From an archaeon (GTDB lineage: Archaea > Nanobdellota > Nanobdellia > Pacearchaeales > GW2011-AR1), in the NCBI GenBank assembly GCA_018657525.1, contig JABHWZ010000004.1, positions 114,382 to 178,381 of the forward strand: DNA of 64,000 nucleotides, read 5' to 3'. Below the pieces are notes generated by a model. The model had not been told where the DNA came from. It saw nothing but the letters and a program-made list of their open reading frames with translations, and did not search any database. Shown here piece after piece: positions 9,670 to 19,118 of the stretch; position 1 is the stretch's first letter; each line of letters starts with the position of its first letter. Made by a program: the position numbers and the translations under genes.

Positions 9670-9861
9670 TTATTTAACCTCAACAATTTCTTTTAATTTA
9701 ATATCCCACAAGGTATATCCATGAAGAACCCTACTTAACAGTTTTCCCTCAATTTCTCTAGTTCCCTTAGAAAGACCAACCACTTCAAAAGAATATATTT
9801 TACCTGAATCTAATTCTTTTCTATCAACCTTCTCAGCTTTTCCTTGATATTCATAAACCAT
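9670..9861 (-). CDS. Small hypothetical protein (paralog of 9396-9668)
   Basis: Starts MVYEY, contains DSGK, ends KLKEIVEVK. Confidence 0.6.
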   Translation of the reverse strand: MVYEYQGKAEKVDRKELDSGKIYSFEVVGLSKGTREIEGKLLSRVLHGYTLWDIKLKEIVEVK

Positions 9862-9862
9862 T

Positions 9863-10123
9863 TTATTTAATCTCCACATTTGTTGTAATTGCTTGACCAG
9901 GTAATCCCTTTTCAAAAATAGCTCTTACAACTCCTTTATTTCCATGAGCGCCGGCAATCTTTCCAGCAATTTCCTTACCTGCTGGAGACTTCCAAACTAC
10001 TTCTTTTCCAACCAATTTTGTAGCCTCTTCTCGCGACTTAGAACTCTCTACTTCAATCAAAAAATGTCGCTCTTTCACAACATGCCTTCCCCTTCTAAAC
10101 TGCAAAACTTTTCCAGTTGTCAT
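9863..10123 (-). CDS. rpl35ae: 50S ribosomal protein eL33 (L35Ae)
   Basis: FRRGRH...GKI..AHGNKGVVRAIFEKGLPGQA. Confidence 0.93.
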   Translation of the reverse strand: MTTGKVLQFRRGRHVVKERHFLIEVESSKSREEATKLVGKEVVWKSPAGKEIAGKIAGAHGNKGVVRAIFEKGLPGQAITTNVEIK

Positions 10124-10232
10124 GTTATTTAACAAGAAATTTAGTTTAAAAGGCTTTCGCAGGGGAAAAATACAATTAATTTTATATATTCTTAATTTGC
10201 ACTATTTCTTTAAAACAAAACTTAATTTTTAA

Positions 10233-11354
10233 TTATTTCTCTAAAACAAAAATTCGACGACCAACAATCTGTTTTCCTCTAAACTCATCAATTGGAAATC
10301 CTTTAACTAATTTCAATCCAGTTCTTTCCAAAATAAAATCAATGTTACAACCCTTCCTATCTTTAATTGTCCGAATTAACGGAGAAGTAAAAACAATTTT
10401 TCCAGAAATTTTGCCAGACAAATTATTCAAAACATCCACCATCAAATCTTCAAATTCTCTCAACTGCTCTTTTGCTTTTTTCACAGTTGGAATTTTTCTA
10501 TAAACTTCACCCAAATCTGGCTCACTCACCATAACATCAACATCAGAAATCGCAACTTTACTTGAATCATTATTAATCAAATCATAATCATCTTTAGAAA
10601 ATTTAAACCACTTTAAATTTTCTCTTGCTCCCGCAATAGCTTTTTTATCATTATCCACTCCAACAATTTTTAATTCTTGCAAAAGTGCTTCATCTAAAAT
10701 AACCCCAATTCCACAAAACGCATCTAACAGTCTACCCCCCTCTTTAACACCAGAAAGATTAATCATAATTTTTGCTAACCGAGGAGAAATCGCCAAAGAC
10801 TCTCGACGCACCGGCTTTTCCATATCTCTTTTTTCTAAAGTTTTATAATCGCATTTTTGCACAATTTTACCAAAATAATTTCTATTTAAATTATCTTCAA
10901 AAATAAAATACTGTTCATTAACATTACTCGAACTCACAATCCCTGACTTTCCCCCATTTTGCATTTCCATTTCTGGTCTCAACTTTTTTTCAGTCGCTTT
11001 TAATTTTTCATTCTTAAATCTTTTTTTCAGATATAATGTAATTTCTTCAATTCCCTCTTCAGAAAAATCCCAAATTACATAATTTAATTTATTACTTTCT
11101 CCTAGATAAACTTCCTGTTTATCTAATTTATTTTCAATTTCTTGTTCATTCCCCGACGCCAAAACAATCCCAATTCCAATAACTCCCCCCAAAGAATCCA
11201 CTGCCCCCGCTTCAATTGTTTCACCAACTTCCACCAACAAAGCATTTTTATTCACAAAATAATTTTCCATAGAATTTCCAGTTCTTTCCAAATAAGCAAA
11301 AACTTCTGCAACCGACAACTTTGGATTCCGTCCTAAAATAAATAAATATTTCAT
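10233..11354 (-). CDS. Trm11/TrmG10-like RNA methyltransferase
   Basis: ISPRLAKIMINL, LDAFCGIGVI, SEPDLG (DPPY-like position). Confidence 0.75.
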   Translation of the reverse strand: MKYLFILGRNPKLSVAEVFAYLERTGNSMENYFVNKNALLVEVGETIEAGAVDSLGGVIGIGIVLASGNEQEIENKLDKQEVYLGESNKLNYVIWDFSEEGIEEITLYLKKRFKNEKLKATEKKLRPEMEMQNGGKSGIVSSSNVNEQYFIFEDNLNRNYFGKIVQKCDYKTLEKRDMEKPVRRESLAISPRLAKIMINLSGVKEGGRLLDAFCGIGVILDEALLQELKIVGVDNDKKAIAGARENLKWFKFSKDDYDLINNDSSKVAISDVDVMVSEPDLGEVYRKIPTVKKAKEQLREFEDLMVDVLNNLSGKISGKIVFTSPLIRTIKDRKGCNIDFILERTGLKLVKGFPIDEFRGKQIVGRRIFVLEK

Positions 11355-11414
11355 AAAACAATAAGAAAAAGATAGTTTTTAAGGGTTATCTGAAAACAAA
11401 ATGATATTTTAAAT

Positions 11415-11834
11415 TTATTCTCTAACTCCATTAAGAAGGGTCCATTCATTATAATGTTCCCATGCCTGACTAAAAAATTCCGCGATCTCTTTATCTTGCA
11501 TCCTACAAGAATATCGACTTAAAATTCTATCAGCTACCCTTTCCATAAAATCTCTCCCAGAACCTTCAAAAGACATTTGAAAATCAGGTAAACTAAATTC
11601 CTCCAGTCTAATCTTTATATTCTCCTTGCAAAAACTCCAAAATTTATTAGGTTGAGGATTCCAAACTCTCTTTTTTCCATCATAAACTCTATCCACAAAT
11701 AAATCTCCATAAATGTTATCTCTTTGGATATTCCCTCCCAAACGACAATTTCTTATCCCAGCAATATAGTTCTTTCCATCCCTTTTAACAGGATATTCAA
11801 ATTTTCTTTCAAGCGGAATTAATAAGTCACTCAT
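11415..11834 (-). CDS. Hypothetical protein
   Basis: ORF track; ATG start about 23 nt below TTTATAA. Confidence 0.55.
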   Translation of the reverse strand: MSDLLIPLERKFEYPVKRDGKNYIAGIRNCRLGGNIQRDNIYGDLFVDRVYDGKKRVWNPQPNKFWSFCKENIKIRLEEFSLPDFQMSFEGSGRDFMERVADRILSRYSCRMQDKEIAEFFSQAWEHYNEWTLLNGVRE

Positions 11835-11856
11835 AAAAAAACATAACATTTTCTAC

Positions 11857-12372
11857 TTATAAAGATTTATCTTCTCCAAACCCACTAATTATCCAATAAT
11901 TCGTATCAGGTTCCATATATTTTGAATGATATTTTAAATTAACTCTTCCATCAAAAGTAATCTCAATCAAGTCATTATCTATCACTGACCTCAATATAGA
12001 ACTTTTTGGCTCAGGAAAACCAACACGATAAGGATCAATTCCTCGTTGCTCCATCATCATTATTTCATTCCCTCCTGAATCAACTACAAACCTTTCATAA
12101 GCCAAAATAAAACCTATTGGATAATACTCCAAAGGAAAATGAAAAACCTCCTCGGTATCAATTAACAAATACAAACCAGAATCATCTTTTCTAAAATCCA
12201 ATTTTCTTTCAACTAAACTTTCACTAACTTTTTTCCTTCCTTGACTTTCATACTTTCCATTTTCTCTAACCCCTCCACAATCCCGAATAAATAAATCAAT
12301 TGCAGAATAATTATCTAAACAAGTTCTTAAATTCTCAAAGTCTAATTCTTGCGGCAAATAATACTGTTCCAT
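11857..12372 (-). CDS. Hypothetical protein
   Basis: 171-aa ORF directly downstream of 12381-13943. Confidence 0.6.
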   Translation of the reverse strand: MEQYYLPQELDFENLRTCLDNYSAIDLFIRDCGGVRENGKYESQGRKKVSESLVERKLDFRKDDSGLYLLIDTEEVFHFPLEYYPIGFILAYERFVVDSGGNEIMMMEQRGIDPYRVGFPEPKSSILRSVIDNDLIEITFDGRVNLKYHSKYMEPDTNYWIISGFGEDKSL

Positions 12373-12380
12373 TTTAAGAG

Positions 12381-13943
12381 TTATTTCTTCTTTTCAGTCA
12401 ACTCTTTTCTCTGATTAAACTCGATCAAATCATTAATCAAAATACTCGCATCTCTCCGCGCTTCATCAACTTTCTTTGAATTCAATTTTCCTTTCTTAAA
12501 CTCTTTACGCGCTGAAACAATATTATTCAAAATTCTCAAAGACAGCGACGGAAAAATACCCTTCTTAACAAAATTCTTCTCAAAATCTTCTAAAATCTTT
12601 TCTTGCGATTTTGCATTAGTTATTCCTTTTAACAAATCAAACACATCAGAATAAATTTTCTCAATTGTCTTTTCATCTGACCGCTTCTCAATATCTTTTC
12701 TTAATTCTTTAAGTTTCTTAAGATAAGCTTCAGTTTCTTTCATCATATTATCTATATCTTTTCCAGAAATTTTATATTTCAAATCATGTTCATATTCTTT
12801 AAACTGCTTAACTGCTTTTTCCAAAATAGCTATATCTTTTTTAGTCAGCAACTTTTCCTTTTTTACAAAAATCTCTTCCATTTTAGTTACTGTCTCTTTA
12901 TGTGTCGGAGGAGCATTACCTGCAAGCATAATCAAAGCTTGTGATGGATTCAAAACCGCATAATAAATGTCAACCATCGCGTCGATTAATCTTCGGTTCA
13001 CCATTTGCGCTGCCTTATCTGCTGTCTTCATAAACATATCAATTGACTCTGGCGACGGTTTCAATTTACCCATCCTCAAAAGAGCTTTCCAAGGCATAAA
13101 CGTCCCCTTATCATAAAGTGGGACACCATCTCGAATAAAAGTAAAAATAACTGGCGAAGCATCCTTTACCGATTCCCAAAAATCAGTCAACAAATAAGTC
13201 TGAATATGTAAAGTATTTTTAACCCCTGCTAAATTAGCTGCCTCTGCCACAAACTGCTGGACTATCCCTCTCAATCTTTCTTTTAATTCCAACCGAGACA
13301 TTCTTTTAACATCAGTATCATTAATAATTATAGCAACATCAACATCAGAAGTTTTCGTTGCCTCTCCACGAATAAAACTCCCAACAACAACATAAGATAC
13401 AACATATTTCTCAAATTTTTGCAATACCAAAGATCTGTGAATCTGGGCAAACCTTAAAGCCCCTAAAAATCCTTTATCATAAATCGGCATTGACATCGCC
13501 ACAGCATAAGCCAAATCAAATTTAGAATCCAAACACGATTCCCAAATATCAACAGGAGTTTTAATCTGCATCCACATTTTTTGTTTAAGTTTCAAAGAAT
13601 CAATATGCTTAATAACTTCTTTTTGGATATCAGGGATTTTCTTAAACTGATCTTCAGGCACTACCATATAGAGATGCATATGTTTCTCAGTCTGTTTCGG
13701 AACCTCTTCCTCGTCGATAAAAAGCTTAATTGACTGCGGAGGTAAAACTCCTAACGCAATTGTAAATTTATATTTTTTAAGAATCCAATCCTTTAATTTA
13801 TCTAAATCTTTTTTAGTTTCATCAAATTCTTTTTTTACTTCTTGATTACTTTGAGGAATCTGTGCCTTGTTCACAGAATACTTCCCCCCTAAATTCATTC
13901 CAGGAATATCCTGATCTATCTTAGAGATGTCATCTTTGGCCAT
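12381..13943 (-). CDS. Nucleotidyltransferase (degenerate plus intact NTase domains) with a HEPN-like domain
   Basis: VVGSFIRGEATKTSDVDVAIIIND; repeated P.YDKG motif; IYYAVLNPSQAL helix; paralog of 6861-7751. Confidence 0.8.
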   Translation of the reverse strand: MAKDDISKIDQDIPGMNLGGKYSVNKAQIPQSNQEVKKEFDETKKDLDKLKDWILKKYKFTIALGVLPPQSIKLFIDEEEVPKQTEKHMHLYMVVPEDQFKKIPDIQKEVIKHIDSLKLKQKMWMQIKTPVDIWESCLDSKFDLAYAVAMSMPIYDKGFLGALRFAQIHRSLVLQKFEKYVVSYVVVGSFIRGEATKTSDVDVAIIINDTDVKRMSRLELKERLRGIVQQFVAEAANLAGVKNTLHIQTYLLTDFWESVKDASPVIFTFIRDGVPLYDKGTFMPWKALLRMGKLKPSPESIDMFMKTADKAAQMVNRRLIDAMVDIYYAVLNPSQALIMLAGNAPPTHKETVTKMEEIFVKKEKLLTKKDIAILEKAVKQFKEYEHDLKYKISGKDIDNMMKETEAYLKKLKELRKDIEKRSDEKTIEKIYSDVFDLLKGITNAKSQEKILEDFEKNFVKKGIFPSLSLRILNNIVSARKEFKKGKLNSKKVDEARRDASILINDLIEFNQRKELTEKKK

Positions 13944-14078
13944 AGTGAAAAAAGTAAAATCTTACTTATAAATGTTTTGAATTATCTTTTAAAATAATCA
14001 GGAAGAGGTATCGAATGCCTCTATGCGAAGTGTTCCAATTCAAATGAGAAAGAACGACGAGCATATCGAGGTTTGATT

Positions 14079-14095
14079 AATGGTCCCACGAGGAA
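14079..14095 (-). repeat. 17-bp direct repeat of the tRNA-Val 3' end (att-like)
   Basis: AATGGTCCCACGAGGAA identical to 14204-14220. Confidence 0.85.
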
Positions 14096-14205
14096 CCTGT
14101 TCCACAGGTTCTTGTGCCCCGAAGGGGTATCGGCGTCGGATGTAAATCCTCGCTCGTCCGCTATTGAAATTCTGAAGCGAACGAAACCCAAGGCTTCGAT
14201 TCAAA

Positions 14206-14277
14206 TGGTCCCACGAGGAATCGAACCTCGGTTTATTCGGTGTAAACGAATCGTCTTAGCCGTTGGACTATGAGACC
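14206..14277 (-). tRNA. tRNA-Val(TAC)
   Basis: GGTCTCA/TGGGACC acceptor, ATTCG-TTTACAC-CGAAT anticodon arm, GGTTCGATTCC T arm; CCA not encoded. Confidence 0.95.
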
Positions 14278-14341
14278 TTATATCTAATTTGATATAAGTT
14301 AAGCTTTTTAAAATTATTCTTTTGAGAAATTTAATAAAAAA

Positions 14342-14551
14342 CTATCTATAAACCTCATAGGAATATTCAAATTTATCTTGAAACATTCCCCCATAGGATT
14401 TTTCATTCACTAACAAAATAATTTTTCCATCAACTTCTTCTGCTACTTTTCTTAAACCTTCTTGAATTGAAGAAATTGAACTAAACAAAGGAGTTTGACC
14501 TAAAGCAACTCTTTCCAAATTTGACAATTCAATCCCTTTTTCTTCCACCAT
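14342..14551 (-). CDS. Small hypothetical protein
   Basis: Non-overlapping part of the 14342-14623 ORF from ATG 14551. Confidence 0.45.
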   Translation of the reverse strand: MVEEKGIELSNLERVALGQTPLFSSISSIQEGLRKVAEEVDGKIILLVNEKSYGGMFQDKFEYSYEVYR

Positions 14552-14582
14552 TTCTCTATTTAAAATAACAGGAAAATTATCA

Positions 14583-14813
14583 TCAAAAATTAAGGGATTC
14601 ACTTTCTTCCTCCATTGGATCAATTATACTAAACCCTCCTCTAAGTTCCCATCCTGCACAAGCTCGAGTTCCATCTGCCTGTACTATTTGTAAATCCTCT
14701 GAATCAGGTTCACGATAAACCCCGTTATCAAAATCATATCCTTCATCAAAACTTCTTTCGCCATTCAAAAGCTCTTCCAAGTCATAGTTCTCCATAAAAA
14801 CCCAACTTACCAA
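14583..14813 (-). CDS. Small acidic hypothetical protein
   Basis: ORF track; the true start is probably MENYDL. Confidence 0.5.
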   Translation of the reverse strand: MVSWVFMENYDLEELLNGERSFDEGYDFDNGVYREPDSEDLQIVQADGTRACAGWELRGGFSIIDPMEEESESLNF

Positions 14814-14847
14814 ATACTTTTAAATCTTACTTTTTTACTAAAATTAA

Positions 14848-14918
14848 GCGTGGATAGTTTATTGGTAGAATATATCGTTGCCAACGATGTGAGCTGGGTT
14901 CGATTCCCAGTCCGCGCA
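14848..14918 (+). tRNA. tRNA-Gly(GCC)
   Basis: GCGTGGA/TCCGCGC acceptor, TATCG-TTGCCAA-CGATG, CTGGGTTCGATTCCCAG. Confidence 0.95.
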
Positions 14919-15223
14919 TATAGTATCTATTGAATAATCTACTCCATGAAAAACAACACATTCTACGAGGGTAATAATCTACAAATAACAAAATAAACAA
15001 ACAGAGGGTTGTTCACTTTACTACCCAATTTCCAAGAAAATAACTTAATATTCCAATTACTGTCCCAATAACAAACCCTTTTAACATATCTCCAGTCCAA
15101 GTAAAGATATACAAAAGTTTCCAACAACAACTATAATTGCAAAGATAAGGCTTGCTTTATACAAATATTTCATAAGAAAAATAAGAAAAGTGTATCCTTA
15201 AATATTAATAGATAATAACTTGT

Positions 15224-15748
15224 TTATTGACTTGCTTCTAATCTTGTAATGTGTCTGGGTCTTCTTGTAACATACTGGTCCCCTTTTTGATAAAAACCAG
15301 TCTCCTGGGGATCTCCTTCAACTTTTACTGCATGGTTTTTACCGCAACCCGAGCACCAAGCATTATCATAGAACCATAAATTACCTTTGCTAAATCCCAC
15401 CCTCTCTCCTTGAACGAACATTTGGTTTACAGATTCTTTTGGAACAACTCCGTCCAGAATATTTACAACAACCAAGCTCCCTTCATCAATTTTTATCTTT
15501 AAATTATAGATTGATTTTCCAAGAGTTAAAGTTTCATTAGAATATGCTTGAGAAACGAACCCTTGGATGTTTTTTGCACCCACTTTTTCTATTCTTGGAG
15601 CAACATAATTTTCTTCAAGAATAGTTCCTCGAATAAGGTCATTAGAAGCTTCTAATCTTTTTTCTAGCTCTTTCTTATTTGCTACTTTGGGACAGCAACC
15701 AGTAATGGCCAATGTAGCTGCAACAACTAAGGCTAATGTTTTTTTCAT
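15224..15748 (-). CDS. Putative lipoprotein
   Basis: MKK plus hydrophobic stretch plus AITGC lipobox; CxxC near the C-terminus. Confidence 0.7.
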   Translation of the reverse strand: MKKTLALVVAATLAITGCCPKVANKKELEKRLEASNDLIRGTILEENYVAPRIEKVGAKNIQGFVSQAYSNETLTLGKSIYNLKIKIDEGSLVVVNILDGVVPKESVNQMFVQGERVGFSKGNLWFYDNAWCSGCGKNHAVKVEGDPQETGFYQKGDQYVTRRPRHITRLEASQ

Positions 15749-15881
15749 AACATCATTATTGAAAAACTATTTATAAACCTTTCTGCATGCTATCACTTTA
15801 AAAATACAACAATTAATTTTCTTAAGCTAAATAATCACTTGTTTATTTACTCAAATTATAATTTAGATAACTATCCCTCTT

Positions 15882-15972
15882 TTGGCAGATTATGTCATTG
15901 CCAACGGTGTGAGCTGGGTTCGATTTGCTTTTCGTAGAAAAGTATGCAGCTTGCTGCAGAGGTCTGCGCATA
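15882..15972 (+). pseudogene. Degenerate partial copy of tRNA-Gly with a 36-nt double-hairpin insert
   Basis: 39/44 identity to 14862-14905, then the insert (15926-15961), then GTCTGCGCATA matching the tRNA end GTCCGCGCATA. Confidence 0.8.
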
Positions 15973-16056
15973 TCTTTAAATTCTATTTACAGAACAATAA
16001 CCCAACTTTTTTAAATAACTTTTCTTTATTTCTAGTATGAAAAAGGGGCAAAGCAA

Positions 16057-16908
16057 ATGTTAATTCCAATTATTGCGGCGATTGCCTTGGCATCAATAAC
16101 TGTTCTAGAAAAAATAGTTTTAAGAAAAAAGAAAATAAAAATAGAAGCATTCCAACTTTTAACTTTTTTATCGGCTGTAATTGTAATGCTCCCCTTATTA
16201 TATTTTTTCTGGAAATTTGAACCCGAAGCTCTACAAATGAAAAACATCCTCATTTTATCCCTAGTAATTATCACTGCTGTTCTAGCTAACATATCCACTT
16301 TCTATGCCCTAAAATGGGAAAAAGTTTCTAACATCGAGCCCGCCCTAATCATGGAACCATTATTCATTGTCATGCTCGCACTAATTTTTAGCTTTTTCAC
16401 AACTGGATTATATGAACGAAATTTCACAGTTATCATTCCTGCCCTAATAGCAGGATTCGCCCTCATCCTATCCCATGTAAAAAAACACCACCTAAGTTTC
16501 AATAAATATTTCCTCGCAGCAATCCTCGGCGCATTACTTTATGCAATAGAACTTGTAATTTCAGTTTTAATATTGGATTTCTACTCTCCAATATCATTTT
16601 ACTTTTTTAGAAGTGCAGGAATTTTAGTTCTAACATTTTTAATTTTTAGACCAAAAATTAAAAACTCTACCCAACTAAAAACTTACAAAACAATTTTCTT
16701 AATCGGTGCACTATGGGTTTTATATAGAGTATCTGTTTATTACGGATTCTTACAACTCGGAGTAATTTTCACAACATTAATTATAATGCTCGGACCAGTT
16801 TTTGTTTACCTCTTCGCTAAAATTTTCTTACACGAAAAGTTAAGTTGGAGAAATATATTAGCCGCAATTATAATTGTTATATGTGTTTTATATGTAACAC
16901 TTTTCTAG
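16057..16908 (+). CDS. DMT/EamA family transporter
   Basis: About 10 TM helices in two repeats; PVFVYLFAKIFLHEKL. Confidence 0.85.
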   Translation: MLIPIIAAIALASITVLEKIVLRKKKIKIEAFQLLTFLSAVIVMLPLLYFFWKFEPEALQMKNILILSLVIITAVLANISTFYALKWEKVSNIEPALIMEPLFIVMLALIFSFFTTGLYERNFTVIIPALIAGFALILSHVKKHHLSFNKYFLAAILGALLYAIELVISVLILDFYSPISFYFFRSAGILVLTFLIFRPKIKNSTQLKTYKTIFLIGALWVLYRVSVYYGFLQLGVIFTTLIIMLGPVFVYLFAKIFLHEKLSWRNILAAIIIVICVLYVTLF

Positions 16909-16927
16909 AATTCTATTCTAAAATTTA

Positions 16928-18592
16928 CTAATCCATTCCTTGATAACCCTTTGAACCCGCATAATTCATTTTACCACTTTTGGAATCTGCAGAAGCAATC
17001 ACATCATCGATTCTTAAAATCATAATTGCCACCTCAGTTGCAGAAGCAATTGCCTGACTTTTTATTTTATACGGCTCGATTATTTTAGCATTTAAAACAT
17101 TATCAACTTTATTTTCGAATAAATTCAAACCTGCATTCATATCTCCAGCATTATGTTTGGATTTTAATTCGGTTAAAACATCAATTGGATCCATGCCAGC
17201 ATTTTCAGCTAAAGTTAAAGGAATAAATTCTAACGCAGAAGCAAATTCTTCAACTGCTAATTGTTCTCTTCCACCAAGAGATTGTCCAAAATGTTTTAAT
17301 CTTTTTGATAATTCAATTTCAATTGCTCCTCCCCCCGGAACCACTAACCCTGTTTTCAGCGACGACGCCACATCCCCTAAACCATCTTTAATAGCCCGCT
17401 CAATTTCATCAATAACATGTTCAGAGCCACCACGAATTAAAATAGTCACAGCTTTTGGATTAGAACATCCTCTAATATAAGTCATATTATCTTCCCCCTG
17501 TTTAATTTCCTCTACAACTTCAGATTTACCTAAATCCACATCTTTAAGTTCCCCAAGATTGCTCACAATCTTAGCTCCAGTTGCTTTAGAAATTTTTTCT
17601 AAATCTGATTTTGCAACTCTTCGACAAGCATAAATTTTTTTTCTAGACAATAAATACTGCGCAAAATCATCAATCCCTTTCTGACAAAAAATAACATTTG
17701 CTCCAGATTCAGCAACTTTCTCAACCATATCCTTAATAACTTTTTCTTCTTGAGAAAGAAAATTCTGTAATTGTTCTGGAGAAGAAATTGAAATCTTCGT
17801 TTCAATTTCAGGATTTTTTATTTCCAATGGAAAATCAATTAATGCAATCTTTGCCCCCTCAATCTTTTCTGGCATTTCATTTGAAACTTTTTCTTTATCT
17901 AAAACAATCCCAGAAATTAATTCTGTTTTTTCAACTGAATCTCCTTTTGCTTTTTCAATTTTAATATCATCCAAATCAACCTTCCAATTTTTCTGAACTT
18001 GCTTTCGTTCAAATGATTGCGTCGATTCAGACGAATGAAAATCTCCGATTTGCTTAACAGCTCGAATAATTATATCTGCAAATTTCTCTCTTGAATCTTC
18101 AGCACCCTTGCCGGTCATAGCAGTCATAGCCACCTGTTTCAAAACATCATCGTCATCTGGACTAATCTTAAGAGAAATTTCATTTAAAATTTGTTGCGCT
18201 TTTTCAGCAGCCATTCGATAACCTTTAGTAATCAGCGTCGGATGAATTTTAGAATCTAATAATTTTTCAGCATTCTCTAATAATTTCCCTGCAATCATAA
18301 CTGAACTGGTAGTCCCATCACCAACTTCACTTTCCTGAGTTCGCGCAATTTCAACCATCATCTTTGCCGCAGGATGTTCAATTTGAATTTCTTCAAGAAT
18401 TGTAACTCCATCATTTGTAACAATAATATCTCCTGTAGGAGAAACCAACATTTTATCCATTCCCTTCGGCCCCAAAGTAGTTTTAACAACTTCTGAAACC
18501 ATCCGCGCAGCAAGAATATTATTTCTCTGCGCATCTTTACCCATAACTCTCTGAATATCTTCAGGCATTAGAACAACGGGTTTTTCACTCAT
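16928..18592 (-). CDS. ths: Thermosome (group II chaperonin) subunit
   Basis: [33 protein letters not shown]. Confidence 0.97.
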   Translation of the reverse strand: MSEKPVVLMPEDIQRVMGKDAQRNNILAARMVSEVVKTTLGPKGMDKMLVSPTGDIIVTNDGVTILEEIQIEHPAAKMMVEIARTQESEVGDGTTSSVMIAGKLLENAEKLLDSKIHPTLITKGYRMAAEKAQQILNEISLKISPDDDDVLKQVAMTAMTGKGAEDSREKFADIIIRAVKQIGDFHSSESTQSFERKQVQKNWKVDLDDIKIEKAKGDSVEKTELISGIVLDKEKVSNEMPEKIEGAKIALIDFPLEIKNPEIETKISISSPEQLQNFLSQEEKVIKDMVEKVAESGANVIFCQKGIDDFAQYLLSRKKIYACRRVAKSDLEKISKATGAKIVSNLGELKDVDLGKSEVVEEIKQGEDNMTYIRGCSNPKAVTILIRGGSEHVIDEIERAIKDGLGDVASSLKTGLVVPGGGAIEIELSKRLKHFGQSLGGREQLAVEEFASALEFIPLTLAENAGMDPIDVLTELKSKHNAGDMNAGLNLFENKVDNVLNAKIIEPYKIKSQAIASATEVAIMILRIDDVIASADSKSGKMNYAGSKGYQGMD

Positions 18593-19013
18593 CAGAAATT
18601 TCTCCTCTTTGTTTAGTTAAATACCTTCTACCCTCATCTGTTAAACTGCATATATCTTTTTTTAAATCAAGATAGCCAACCTCTTTTAAAAATAATATAC
18701 TTGGCTTAAAATCTAATACTTCAACTCCATCTAATCTTGAAATCAAAGTTGAATAAGATGCCTCCCCTACCCCTTTATCCAAAGTCTCCATTATTGCTGA
18801 TGCAGAAGAATTATTTTTAACCCTATGCTCTTTCACCGCTGGCATAAATTCAACAGCTGCTTTCTCTAATCTTGCCCACCTCAATTCATCTTGCAAACTT
18901 TCTTCTCTTTCACATGCTGCAGCATAAATTTGTAATTGTTCACTAGGACTTTTTAAATCATATTCTGAAATCATTCGCACAAACTTCTTAACCCTTCTCG
19001 AATTTTCACTCAT
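18585..19013 (-). CDS. Hypothetical protein, C-terminal winged-helix-like
   Basis: LKEVGYL...LTDEGRRYL resembles a wHTH wing; coupled to the thermosome gene. Confidence 0.55.
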   Translation of the reverse strand: MSENSRRVKKFVRMISEYDLKSPSEQLQIYAAACEREESLQDELRWARLEKAAVEFMPAVKEHRVKNNSSASAIMETLDKGVGEASYSTLISRLDGVEVLDFKPSILFLKEVGYLDLKKDICSLTDEGRRYLTKQRGEISDE

Positions 19014-19118
19014 TTTTATCAACAATAAACCCCAATTCCATCTTTTAAAGATTATTGTGATTTAAACCACTATCAAGTTTAAGATAATATTTAAAAGCAA
19101 AAGCGCCCTTAATAAAGT

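Noticed and set aside
14073-14273. 66-aa ORF
   Set aside because: Antisense to tRNA-Val and its duplicated end.
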